A stretch of DNA of 64,000 nt, from assembly GCA_002189035.1 (NCBI GenBank), contig CM007992.1, forward strand, positions 1,240,001 to 1,304,000, written 5' to 3'. Below are positions 25,315 to 36,106 of the stretch, in pieces. A model generated the notes under the pieces. It was not told where the DNA came from. It saw nothing but the letters and a program-made list of their open reading frames with translations, and searched no databases. This DNA comes from Utricularia gibba (lineage: Eukaryota > Plantae > Magnoliophyta). Position numbers and translations under genes: made by a program. How positions within the stretch are numbered: position 1 is the first letter of the stretch; the number at the start of each line of letters is the position of its first letter.

Positions 25315-26038
25315 CTGTGGAAGACAGTACGGCAACCTCCAGCCCCCTCCAAAGCGCCTTATCCACAAACCTTCTTGCCACTCGAATGGCGGCTTACGTA
25401 ACAAATATCAACCAGCGTTTTCCTTTCAAAAAATTATTATTATTATTAAAATTATTTTATTATCTTTGATTAATACGTGTTCTGAAATTAGATTTCCATT
25501 TTTTAAAAAATGTAGTTTGTAAATCAATACAAGGAATTTAACTTTTAAGTTTTAAAATTGCATCAGAAATCCATTAATTTATATATTTAACTCATCATAT
25601 TATTTAAATTAATCGATTTTAATTTTAATATTATTATAATAGTACATCGTTATAAATAGTATAAATAATTTATATTTATCTTCCTTTGATGATTTTATTC
25701 TCACCGAATTCCAAAATCATGAAACATGAACATAATATAATCTTAACAAGGAATTTCAATTCACTGAACTTGATATAAGAATGCAAAAAATATTAATACT
25801 AAGCTTTGTTGAGTGTGACATCAACATTGATGTATGACACTTAAAACCGATTTAATTTTTAAAAATTTTGAAAAGCGTTTGAATATTTGTTGTAAAGTTT
25901 TGACCATTGGAAATGTTTTTTTGTAATTTTAAAATTTGATGACTATTTTTTATATTTACCAAAATTTAAATATTTTTATTATAATTTAATCGTCTTTAAA
26001 TAGCTAAACGGGGAAAGCAACAGCTCTAACGGAAAGTA

Positions 26039-28345
26039 TCAGCGATCAGCAATCTCTCCGCCCCACCGCTTGACGCGGCTCTCCGCCTCCGCCGCCTGCA
26101 GAAAAGCCGTTGTCAGCCGCCGTCTGTGGAAGGAAAGAAAATATATATCTAAACCCTGACTCTTCCTTCTGCTACTCACCTCCTTCACCCAATTCCGACA
26201 GGAGGTTATTCCGATGAGTATCAGCGTCTGCAACACGATTCCTCCGATCATTCCGCCCCATATTCCCTGCAACGGTATCATTTATTCACGTTTCGCTTCA
26301 ATTCTGTGGTACAAAATTCGGCATCCTCACTCAACTCACCTCTGCCCCAGCTTGAAAACGAAGCCCAGGAGAATACCTAGCGGAAGCCCGAATATGTAAT
26401 AGCAGCCGATGTTGATGTACGCCACCACGGACTGCCAACCAGCTCCAACAGCAACTCCTGTGAAACCAAAGCAAAACGGCTTTGGGAATTAGGAGGAAGG
26501 TAACCGATGGGGGTGTGAAGTGGTCACCTGATAGAACTGGTTGAAGGCCATTGATGAGAACTGTAAGCGCCAAAAGATATGACAATCTGGTTGTCTCTTT
26601 GGCCACAGCATCGCTGTTTGTGAAGAGATAGGGGAAGCTGCCTCGGGTTCCAATCACGGCCGCACAACATACCACTGCAATTACTAGGGTGGTGATCGAA
26701 ACAACCACCACAGAGAACTTTGCTGCCCTTGCATTTCCAGCTCCCAGCTCGTTTGCTACTCTCACACTGCAAACAAAGAGCTTCAGACCTCGACTGCATC
26801 CATGAATGTAAGTATCTGTGCTGACTTCACCTTATAGCAGCATTGAATCCGATAGAAATCATTGCATCCCATCCATTGATATTCATACTGCCAAAGGATG
26901 AACATTTAACTGAAAGCCTATCCACTGGTTTGCTTTTTCTATAGGGAGAAAGGAGCTTTCGCAGGAAATGCATACCAGATAGAAATGGCGTCAACTGGAA
27001 TCACTGGATTTTCCAAGTGGCCTGCTATTACAACGATGACCATCAAGTACCAAAACTCCAAGCTGCAGTCAGAGGACTTAGTGTTGGTCATCCAAAATCA
27101 ATGGTATTTCTTGAAGAATGGATTAAGAGGGGGGAAGAGTTACCACAGCATGACTGCGGAGGCCAGTGAAAGCTTGATAAACCCCCACAAGTCTTGAAAT
27201 GCCAACCATGAGAAGCCACTCCAGGCACCATCTGATTTTGTGTAGAAGATGTATACCAGCTGAAGAATGACAATGAGCCACCATGAAGCGTTTAGAGTAA
27301 CTGCAGCACCGATCAAGCCGAACCGGAGTTTCAGTATCAGCAACCAACTGAAAACTACATGAGTAACCAGCACGCCGGCGGAGATCCAAGCCATTGCCAT
27401 GAGCTTCCTCTGTGATTGCAAGAACTTCTGTATGGGAAAATTTAAAGCATATGCGAACACCTGGGGGATCATGTAAAGAGCAAATTTGCCTGCACAGCAA
27501 GAAGGGGGCGATGTTCGGATTAATGTATGAGCGGTAAACCAGTTGAAGAATAATCACAAGAGGGAAAAGCAGTAGGATCAAGAATGAGTGAAGAGTTTGC
27601 CTGCAGCTCTAGCAATGTCATCAGATTCTCCGAAGAAGATGAGGATCGGTGGAGCAAAAATGTAAATGGGAAGCAGAGCACAGGCAGTTACCAGCAGTAT
27701 AACCCATGATCTCTGCATATAAATCCCAGCATTCTTGTCTGCCCGGCACCATAAGCTTGCCCACATAATGTCTCCAGTGCACTTCCCATGCCAAGCTGCA
27801 ACTCCAAGCGTCAGAAATTGGACAGAGCATAGAGGCAAATACATCAGAAATTTAGCAAGAACTGCGCTCCCATATCAGGCCATAGGGGCCGTGGTTCGTG
27901 GCACATTGGAATGATAAGAAGAGTGGTACAGTTAGAAAAGCAGGGGATGTAAAAGAAACATGTATTTTTGCTCAAAGGTGCAGTAGCAGAGAACAATGAT
28001 GGCTTCCTGAGCAACAAGACAAGTCACATTCTGAAGAAAAAAGGATGAGTGAGCCGAAATTGAGCAGCTTTGTGTATCTGAGAACGGTTACTTTACCATG
28101 GCCCCGAAAACAAGACCAGCGATGACAGAGTTCTCTACAGAGACTGCGGCGAGATCGAGTTCCCCGATTTGGCCGGCGAATGTCTGAGTGAGGGCGCCAA
28201 GGGAATATTGACAGAGGTAGGTGAAGATCGCGGGGCCGGAGATATTCCACAGCTTCTTCGATTCCTCACCGAACCCCTTGATGAATTTCGCCCCTCTGTT
28301 TTCCTGCTCCCGCTTCTCCAAAACCAGCAGTGGCTCATCCCCCAT
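26039..28345 (-). CDS. DTX33: MATE/DETOXIFICATION transporter, DTX33-like, multi-exon, with an apparent 1-nt deletion near 27726
   Basis: Peptides include [91 protein letters not shown] and [10 protein letters not shown]. These closely match the recalled Arabidopsis DTX33 pattern. Confidence 0.9.
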
Positions 28346-28482
28346 TTCTGTATTCGACCGCTCCACCCACACACAAACAAGAGAAGGGGAAGACGACAGT
28401 GAGAGATGCTGCTACTAGAACTGAGCTTGCTTTATAAAAGCACTGTACTGTTTCACAGTTCGCATGTTGTGGTTGGAAAAAC

Positions 28483-28872
28483 AACACGTGTTCTGTTCCA
28501 CCTAAACACGAATTCCTATCTGCCTAAAAACCCACGAAGCTTCTTTGGACACGTGATTCTTTTGTAGAGTTCAAACTTGCCGTGATACCACACCCGGCGG
28601 CCGCCGTCGTCTGCTGCCATTTTCTTAGTCGCTAAACTCCCATTCCCTTGTCCCTCTATCGCCATTTCTAAATACGATAATTTTCACTTCTTACTTGTAA
28701 AAAATTAATATTGAACCTTGTCAATAAAAAAAATATTATTATGTTTCTTAGACATATTTAGAATATATATAAAAAATGAACCAAACTTATGATTTATTAA
28801 TGAAACTCAAATGAAAGTATAATTTTTTTAAAATATAATTAATAATATTATAAATATTATAAATCACACGTG
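28483..28872 (-). promoter_or_regulatory. G-box/ABRE cluster and GCC-like palindrome upstream of the MATE gene
   Basis: CACGTG occurs at 28485-28490 (inside the palindrome AACACGTGTT), 28550-28555 (GACACGTG) and 28867-28872. GGCGGCCGCC lies at 28596-28605. Function is inferred from the motifs only. Confidence 0.45.
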
Positions 28873-29552
28873 AATTAAAAAAAATCAGCTATTAAAAATG
28901 CGTAATTCACACGTATCTGAAAATATGCACAAAATTATTAAAAAAGACCTTAAAATATTAAAAATGACGAAAACAAATATGAGGCCATCGATAGGGAATT
29001 AATTCAAACAGATAACTCTTTACATAATGTCGATAAATATCTTTATATTTCATACCAACAAAGTTCTCTTGAAAAAGCAGATTACAACTTATTTAAAATG
29101 AACTTCACTAGTAGTTCTTTGCGAACTCCAAGTTACAGAAAGGAGTTCATATTCAAAAATCTTGTCATTTTACATATTCCAAATGAAAAAAAAAAGTTGT
29201 TAAACAGCATACTAGTTTTTATTGAAACTAAAAATGCAGTATGCAGCTGAGATGAGGCAACTTTTTCCGAAGTTTTGGAAGTTTGAAGTTAACTGCAGGT
29301 ATTATCTCAGGCATAATCATGGGGAATGAAAACTAGACGCAGAAATGTGGTAGAAAATTTCTCTAGTATTAAGCAGAGCAAAACAGACATTTCAGAGTTC
29401 AGTTTGTGAGCATTACGTACACATCAAATTTGGGGATAAACTTTCAATGGATAGAGCAGGGTGGGTGCATCATATTTAGGCTATGAGGGCGACAGGAAAA
29501 AAAGGGGTATGAAAATAGAAGGCTACAAGTTTTCAGTTGGTTCACCTGGTTA

Positions 29553-31135
29553 TCAATTGGAGCCATCTGGGAATGGGTCAAGAGCATTTTGGTTGCCATT
29601 CACATAAAACTCGACCACTGCATTCATTCTTGGAAGCTTATCTGGATGGTAATTCACATGAACGATTACCGGCTTCAGTTTCTTCAAGTTCCCATCTTTT
29701 CTCACTGTCTTGAAAAGCACCTTGCTGTTCATGAAGAGATAAATATCCATGGTTCTCCTGGAAGCATGAAGTCCAACATATCCAGGGTGAGATGGAAAAA
29801 ACAGCTCTTCATTGAAAACAGCTTGATCCCAAGCGTTTTCACGGGCCAGACGCCCTGCAATTCGATCCAGAAGCTCGATTGATGGTATGGTAGGCCTTAT
29901 ATAGAAGAAGCCAGAATTATACACCCATATCCTCATTGTGTGTGCATACCTAGCCCAACCCATAGCAGGTTCATCAAAGACATCATTGAAGCCGTACGCG
30001 GTGGAATTGCTATGACCATCAGACATTGACTCCACATCACAATCTCGATATAAATGATCAAAAGGGTTCTGAAGATATACTATATCAACGTCCGAAAGAA
30101 GAACACCATAACCCAACTGCAGAAACTCCCTTAAAATTCTGAACTTGAGAGCTGAGACAGCGTGATTACTCCCTGTCTTACCAACTGTATCAATAGCCTC
30201 ATCTGGATCCCTTTGGTATACTGGAACGCTGTTTGACTTACAGAAATCCGCAGTATCATCATCTAGTGCCACTACAAGATAGTTTGAAATACCAACACGC
30301 TTTATGTTGGTGAACCATACTTGCAACATTGGTTTCACGTTGGAATTCGCCAAGGCAACAATAAGCTCCTTTCCAGCAGCAACCTCGGACAAGATCTTTG
30401 CAAGCCTGGGATTTATACTTTCATCAGGAACAACAGTTGGGTTTGTCCTCAGACCCTTAACCGTGCCAAAAGGTCCAGCCTTTGTTCGTTCACTTGACAG
30501 TGGAAGCTGAGTCACTGTACCGTCCTTTCCCTGTTCCGCCAATCTAATCCTCTCATTAAGCTCCCTAATTTGCTTTTTCAATTCAGAATTCGCACTCGAC
30601 AACCTAATGTTATCAGACTTGAGCTGGTTTACTCGTTCGGTTGACTCGCATTGCAATGATTCAACCTATTACCAAACCACCAGGATTTCAGATTCAGCCA
30701 AAATGAGACACCAATTAAATTCAAGAATCACAATCAGCAAATGAATAATAAGTAACCAACGCAGCAGTTCAATTCAGATTCAAATTTTCACAATAACACA
30801 CTCAAAAACCCAAATCACTTCCATGAGGCCTTCGAAGCCTAAGATCACTACCAAATGACGCAGTAATCGCAAAGAGCATCACATTAAATCGCCATAATTC
30901 AATGCATAAGATTCACTAGGCAACGAAAATCACAAATCACATTCAAAAAATCGAGCACCTTAACGTTGGAATTATAACGAACGGCGACAGGCGATACACC
31001 AGTGAAAGCGAAAAGCCCAGAAGGAAACAAGATAGCACAGATGCATCCCAACGCGATCCCAAAGGCAACCGCCGCCGCGATCTGCGACCTAGCAATCGAG
31101 GACTGGCTGGACTTCTCTCTGCGTAAAGTGGCCAT
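29553..31135 (-). CDS. RRA: Beta-arabinofuranosyltransferase RRA (GT77, extensin arabinosylation), 2 exons
   Basis: Exon 1 (31135-30959) encodes a type-II membrane anchor. Exon 2 (30666-29553) contains [41 protein letters not shown] (DxD), [24 protein letters not shown] and HVNYHPDK. The frame is intact. Confidence 0.93.
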
Positions 31136-31657
31136 TAGCTGCAACCTCCCCGACTCTACACGAATCCCTTCAACACAAGTTACCTCCCAGCACCCGAAAT
31201 GATCCCTCCGATACTTCACGGCATTCCAACTGCCCGGCGGAGAAATCCAAGTCAAACTCCCTATTCTTGCCGTAGCAATAGGGGTGCTTCCTCCCCCAAT
31301 CTCCGCCTACTTGCTGACCTTGGATGCCCTAGGACCTGTGAACACATCATTAACATAAGAGATTAGTTATAAATAATTACATATTTATAGGTAATTAGTA
31401 ATTGCCAAAATGGGACCAATTTTGCTCAAGCGAATTAAATGCACATTTTTATCAAATATTCAAAAAATAGTAATCTTTTGACATAATTGTCATAATTAAT
31501 AATTTGTGTATGCATATCAATTATCAAAATTATTCCAAATATTCAAAATGAAAAAGAGAATGAGAAATTTGATAAATATTCAATAAAACTCAAATAATAA
31601 AACAAAAAATAATTACATGATCTAATATATAAGAAACGAGAAAATGATAGTATTTAA

Positions 31658-31792
31658 AAACATGGTTCAATCATGATTTAAATCAGTTTGAACTAAAACT
31701 ATTTATAATGATAATTTGATTAAATTTAAATTATTTTAAAATCTATATAAAAAAAATCACCATTCAATTATAACTGAATCATAATTAGATCC
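31658..31792. repeat. Dispersed AT-rich repeat, copy 1 (similar to 53746-53867)
   Basis: Both copies share CATGGTTCAA..ATGATT..TTTATAAT..ATTTGATTAAATT..TGAATCATAAT..GATC in the same order and orientation, aligned by eye. Confidence 0.5.
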
Positions 31793-32125
31793 AATCGAAC
31801 CATCTAAATGTTATTTTTTAAGAAAGAATCATAAAATATTTTAAAAAATGAACAATTTAATCAAAATTTGAACTGCAATTATAATTTAAAATGTAGGAAA
31901 ATAGAAAAAGAAAATTGGATTTGATGAAGTACACAAGTAAAATCATACAACATGTGTTGTTGAAAACTGCTGAGTGTTTGTTATTCTGAGAAAAAAAAAT
32001 TTGTCTCAAACTAATTGTATACTTTATATACAATTAACATTATCAATCCTTGAAGAATGGGATCAAGCTAGAATTGTAATAGGTCCCGGTTCGATTTGGG
32101 AATGCAACTGTCTATATCTGGAACT

Positions 32126-32729
32126 TGATGAGCCCCAGGAAGATAATGAAGTGTATTTGAAGAATGATGAGGAGTTTGTTCAAGTGAACAAATTAGAAAG
32201 AAAGATGATTCCACCAGGACCAATGACTAGGAGCAAAACAAAGATGGTTGAAGATACACTTAAGGGTTTACTCAATACCATTGGAATCAAACATGGGCTT
32301 GAAGACATCCCATCAAAAGAGCTCAACTACTTGAAGATGGACTTAACTTAGAGCATTGGGCTTGTTAGACTTTTCTATTTCATTTAGTTTGGACTATGTA
32401 ATGTTAGAGCCCAATTCTAGAGTATAAATACTCTAGAGATGTACTAATTCAGGATCTTTGGTCATTTTATGTATCTTGTGAGGATTCCCCTCTCTTTTGA
32501 GTGCTTGAACACTCTTAACTTATCAAGCTTTGAGCTTGTGGCGTTCTAGGATTATCACTTCCAATCAATCTCTCTTTTCTGAAGTGTGCCTCCTAATTTT
32601 CTTTGTTTCGAAGTCTGGTTGCAAGAGATTTATTTTCTTGAGGGTAGACTTGGGTGGGTTCTCTTCTAAGCTTCAAAATCACCTCTTTTTTGTGGGTTGC
32701 TAATCTCTATAGATTAGAGGGTCACATCA
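32126..32729 (+). mobile_element. Solo LTR (604 bp) of a Ty3/gypsy CRM-type chromovirus
   Basis: The termini are TGATG (32126-32130) and CATCA (32725-32729), with a perfect 5-bp TSD GAACT at 32121-32125 and 32730-32734. The TATA box TATAAATA is at 32423-32430. The 5' part encodes GPMTRSKTKMVEDTLKGLL, resembling the CR motif that CRM integrases extend into the LTR. Confidence 0.88.
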
Positions 32730-33970
32730 GAACTTTACAGTATGACTTCAGGCCCAATTGAGATATTTGAAACTAAGAAACCGTGGTATCGACATGTGTG
32801 GAATTGATATAACGGATGGTTCAAAATCGATGAATTGTAAGTTTCGTTTATAAATGGTATCAGGTGTTTTTAGAGCATCTTTATTGATTTTCGAAAATGA
32901 TGACGTGATTTACTACATTGAATTTACATGATGAAACCAAAACAGCATAAAATTTATTTAAATAAGTTATTTCCGTAAAAATAAAAGTGATTTGTGAAAA
33001 TTTATATCAATATTTCTAGAAATAACTAAAGATGTTTTTAAGAAACATTATAAAAACTCGAAAGATTATTTAAAAGAATGATATATTTTTGAAATATCTT
33101 TAATAAGTCATATGAATATTTGATTGTTTATTTTCAAGATTATTTGTAACTATCTTTAACCATTATACAAATCTTGAAAATTGTTTAAGAAAAATAAAGA
33201 TTTTTGCAAACAATTACAATGGTATATATGACTGAGAATTAATCTATATTTTTCATAAATAACATTTTTTTATTTTATAATTAATATTTATTTTCAAAAC
33301 CATAATTCGAACTAAAACCATCTAATTACGATTTCAATTCAGGTTAAAATTTCTGTTTCAGTTTTGAACCGAAACCATGCAGTTTGTTTTAAGGTTTGAA
33401 AATCTGATTTTGTACTGAAATAGAAATCGAAGTCGACAATGAATCAGTGTTTATGAAACGATGGTTTGAAAAAACTATTGGGTATAAGATCAAACCCAGA
33501 TGCACAGAAACTAAAATTGAAGTAAATCATAACACACAGGTTACCCAGGAAGATGCAAATCCAGTTCATTACAAATTGTTTCCTTCCAATGGCGGAGGAT
33601 GCTAACAGAACCACGCCTTCGGAAGATTCCACTACTGATGTCTGTTCGCATCACGCAGTGCCAACGCCATGCAGTCAGGGCAGAGTGCGATGATGAGCAC
33701 TTGTAGTCTTCGTGTAGTTTATCAGAAAAAACAAGCTGGGAGTTCTCCATTTCCGGTTTCAGATCGTGTGTTTATACTGGTGTTTGTTACTATTTCTGAT
33801 ATCTGTGTTCCATTTCCCTTGAAGAGAAGAAGAGGGTGATTGGTTCTATAATTTATTTCTGTATATATTGTGATAACGATAGGAGATCGATCAGATAGGA
33901 TTCACGTTTCCTTTACGTCCTTTCCTGTATTCTGAGTCCAACCAGAACACCATGTGCTGCTGTGGTGAGT

Positions 33971-34601
33971 TCAATTGCGAGGGCCAAAGTGATTGTGGGT
34001 GTTTTCGTAGGTCGTCACCACGTAGCTGGGGTCATCGTTGTCCCTCTCGATTCTCTTCTTCACCGGGCACCACGGAACGCAGCACTTGTAGTAGTTTCTG
34101 CAGATGATGAATAAGCAGATGAGCTGACAGTTAATGCATTCGCTCGCATAGGGATGGATCACAACAAACCTGGGGTTTTGCCTGTTCCTCACCATCTTCT
34201 TCCCGTACTTCCTCCACCTGTAGCCATCATCAAGCACATCTATGTGTGTCCTGGTTCTGAACACAAATCTCTTAACCTGGTCAGGCCCACCCTGCCCCTC
34301 TAAAGCTGAGAACACACATTAGAATAAACAACCATCACGCCGGAATTATCAAACACACTCTAACAATCCTACAAGTTTTTCAGAATCAAATCTGTGAACT
34401 GAGCTTACAGGGAATCTGACGAGGTTGATGCAAGTAGTTGGCGGCGGTGGTGCAACTGCTGCCGCCGCTGATGGCGCCAGTTCCACCAACCGGAGGCACC
34501 GCGGAGGTCACCGGTGGTCCGTATCCATCCTCCTCATACTGCGCCTCCATCCAGCCATCGATCTCCAAGTACTCCGAGATGTTGAGAGGAGTTCCGGCCA
34601 T
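33971..34601 (-). CDS. Short group IIc WRKY transcription factor, WRKYGKK variant (WRKY50/51-like), 3 exons
   Basis: The ATG is at 34601. It reads FVFRTRTHIDVLDDGYRWRKYGKK, has the R-type intron after PR, and a C-X4-C-X23-H-X-H finger (CCVPWC..HNH). The stop is at 33971-33973. Confidence 0.9.
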
Positions 34602-34649
34602 GAGTATCAATCATCCACCTTCGCCCTGCGGGGTGGGGTGTATATTAAT

Positions 34650-35188
34650 AATATATATACTGTGCCGCGTGTGGTGCCATTTCCTCTCAGGCAGCAGGAA
34701 GTTTCAGCGTTGCTGCTGCACTCGTCGTGTCTTCATGCGGAGACGACAAAGTGATGTAGACTCAAAGACCATGACCTTGTTTCTAATTCCTTTATTCTGT
34801 GTTACCGCGTTAAGTCGTCAAGTCTTGGCTCCTCCGGCATGGAACTTTTCCTCTTCAATGGCACGAGATCACCGGACGCGCTTCCATGGATTCATCCCTA
34901 TCCGTTCCACGTTTCTGAGCACATCTTTTCAAAGCTCACTAGCTTATTGTTTCTCTGCTTGAGCGGAAATACTGCTTGGAAACATGATGACTATAATAAA
35001 GTCACTTATCTTCCCCCCTTCGGATCTATTAAAATAAAAGGACTGCGTCAATTGCTTACTGAGACTTGGGAGGACAAATTCCACAGTTCATCCCACGGCT
35101 TTCGATCCAAAATGATCATTTTACTTGGGTAAATCACTAGATTAAAAATATTGAAGAATTAAAAATTTTTGAAATGATTATAGGTCAA
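34650..35188 (-). promoter_or_regulatory. WRKY promoter with CGCG boxes, TGACG elements and a W-box
   Basis: A TA-rich TATA-like tract lies at 34641-34660. CCGCGT occurs at 34665-34670 and 34805-34810, and ACGCGC at 34876-34881. TTGACG occurs on the minus strand at 34816-34821 and 35046-35051, and TTGACC at 35183-35188. Confidence 0.45.
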
Positions 35189-35591
35189 TCAACAAATTAT
35201 ATATCATTGAGTTCAATTTATTAAAAATAAATCAATATGAGTATAGATGATCCATCAGTTTCTAATACATTAATTCTACTTTTCTTTTAAGTAAATTTAT
35301 TTCTTTATTTATATAATAAGGTTTTCATTCTTATTTAGGAACAATTATATTTGTAATGTCTTTTGGAAATAATGCTTCAACTTATTGTTCTTGTAGAATT
35401 TTAAATTTATTGAGTTTTGTATGTGATGTTTAATGTGATTTATTTACTTGCTTATTTTGTAAATGTGACATCATTTTCATAATTTGAATTATAAGAATAT
35501 TTATTTATTGAAGATCAACTTATTCTTCTTTGGATGAATAATTTTTTTTTAAAAAAAAAAAACTCAAAATATGATTTATCAAAGATTTAGT

Positions 35592-36106
35592 TGTTTGGAA
35601 GTACCGCACACGTTCGACCCCCCGTTTAATGCAGGCGTCCTGTGCCATTAGATTTGCATGTCTTTCGGGCAGCATGGTGTGCGCCTCTGCCGGTCTGCAT
35701 TCTAAGGTGCTGAACAAATGTGGAACTCCTACGCAAGGACAGAAAACATGTTGTAAATCGAAGACATAGAAGAATAAAATATCAAAACCCAAGATATGTA
35801 AAATGATGTTCTAAAGGATTTCATGATCCCTCAGTATTCGAGAGTATCTTCAAGAACTATTCTCTTGATCTCAGAAATCAATCGAATATATACGTAAACC
35901 CCTCTGTGCATAGACTTTTTGGGTTTCGGGGTCTTTCATAAGCCCAACCCGATCTAACAAATTAGAATACTACATGCACGTAGGGCTTAGTTCACTTTCA
36001 AGCCCATAGAGTTAATGGGTTGGCTTCCCATATAAACTGGTTGAAATATCTTTCAACTAGCAACGTGGGATTGAAATTCCCCTTCTCCAATACTTTTATT
36101 CTAACA
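35592..36106 (-). repeat. 3' LTR of the copia element (about 515 bp)
   Basis: It starts TGTTAG right after the PPT (36106 downward) and most plausibly ends ..CCAAACA at 35592, where the sequence becomes AT-rich flank. The right boundary is firm and the left is inferred. Confidence 0.6.

Noticed and set aside
25091-25381. Alternative N-terminus [14 protein letters not shown] for the DYW gene via another frameshift
   Set aside because: That ORF starts at GTG, not ATG, and the main frame already has in-frame ATGs followed by a plausible transit peptide.
5887-27727. Programmed ribosomal frameshifting or RNA editing to explain the recurrent missing base
   Set aside because: The sites share no slippery heptamer or downstream structure, the genes are unrelated, and the effect stops abruptly at a genomic position. 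Consensus error is far simpler.
33690-33730. 12-bp match (ACTACAAGTGCT) to WRKY exon 3, suggesting a decayed tandem WRKY copy
   Set aside because: The similarity does not extend on either side.
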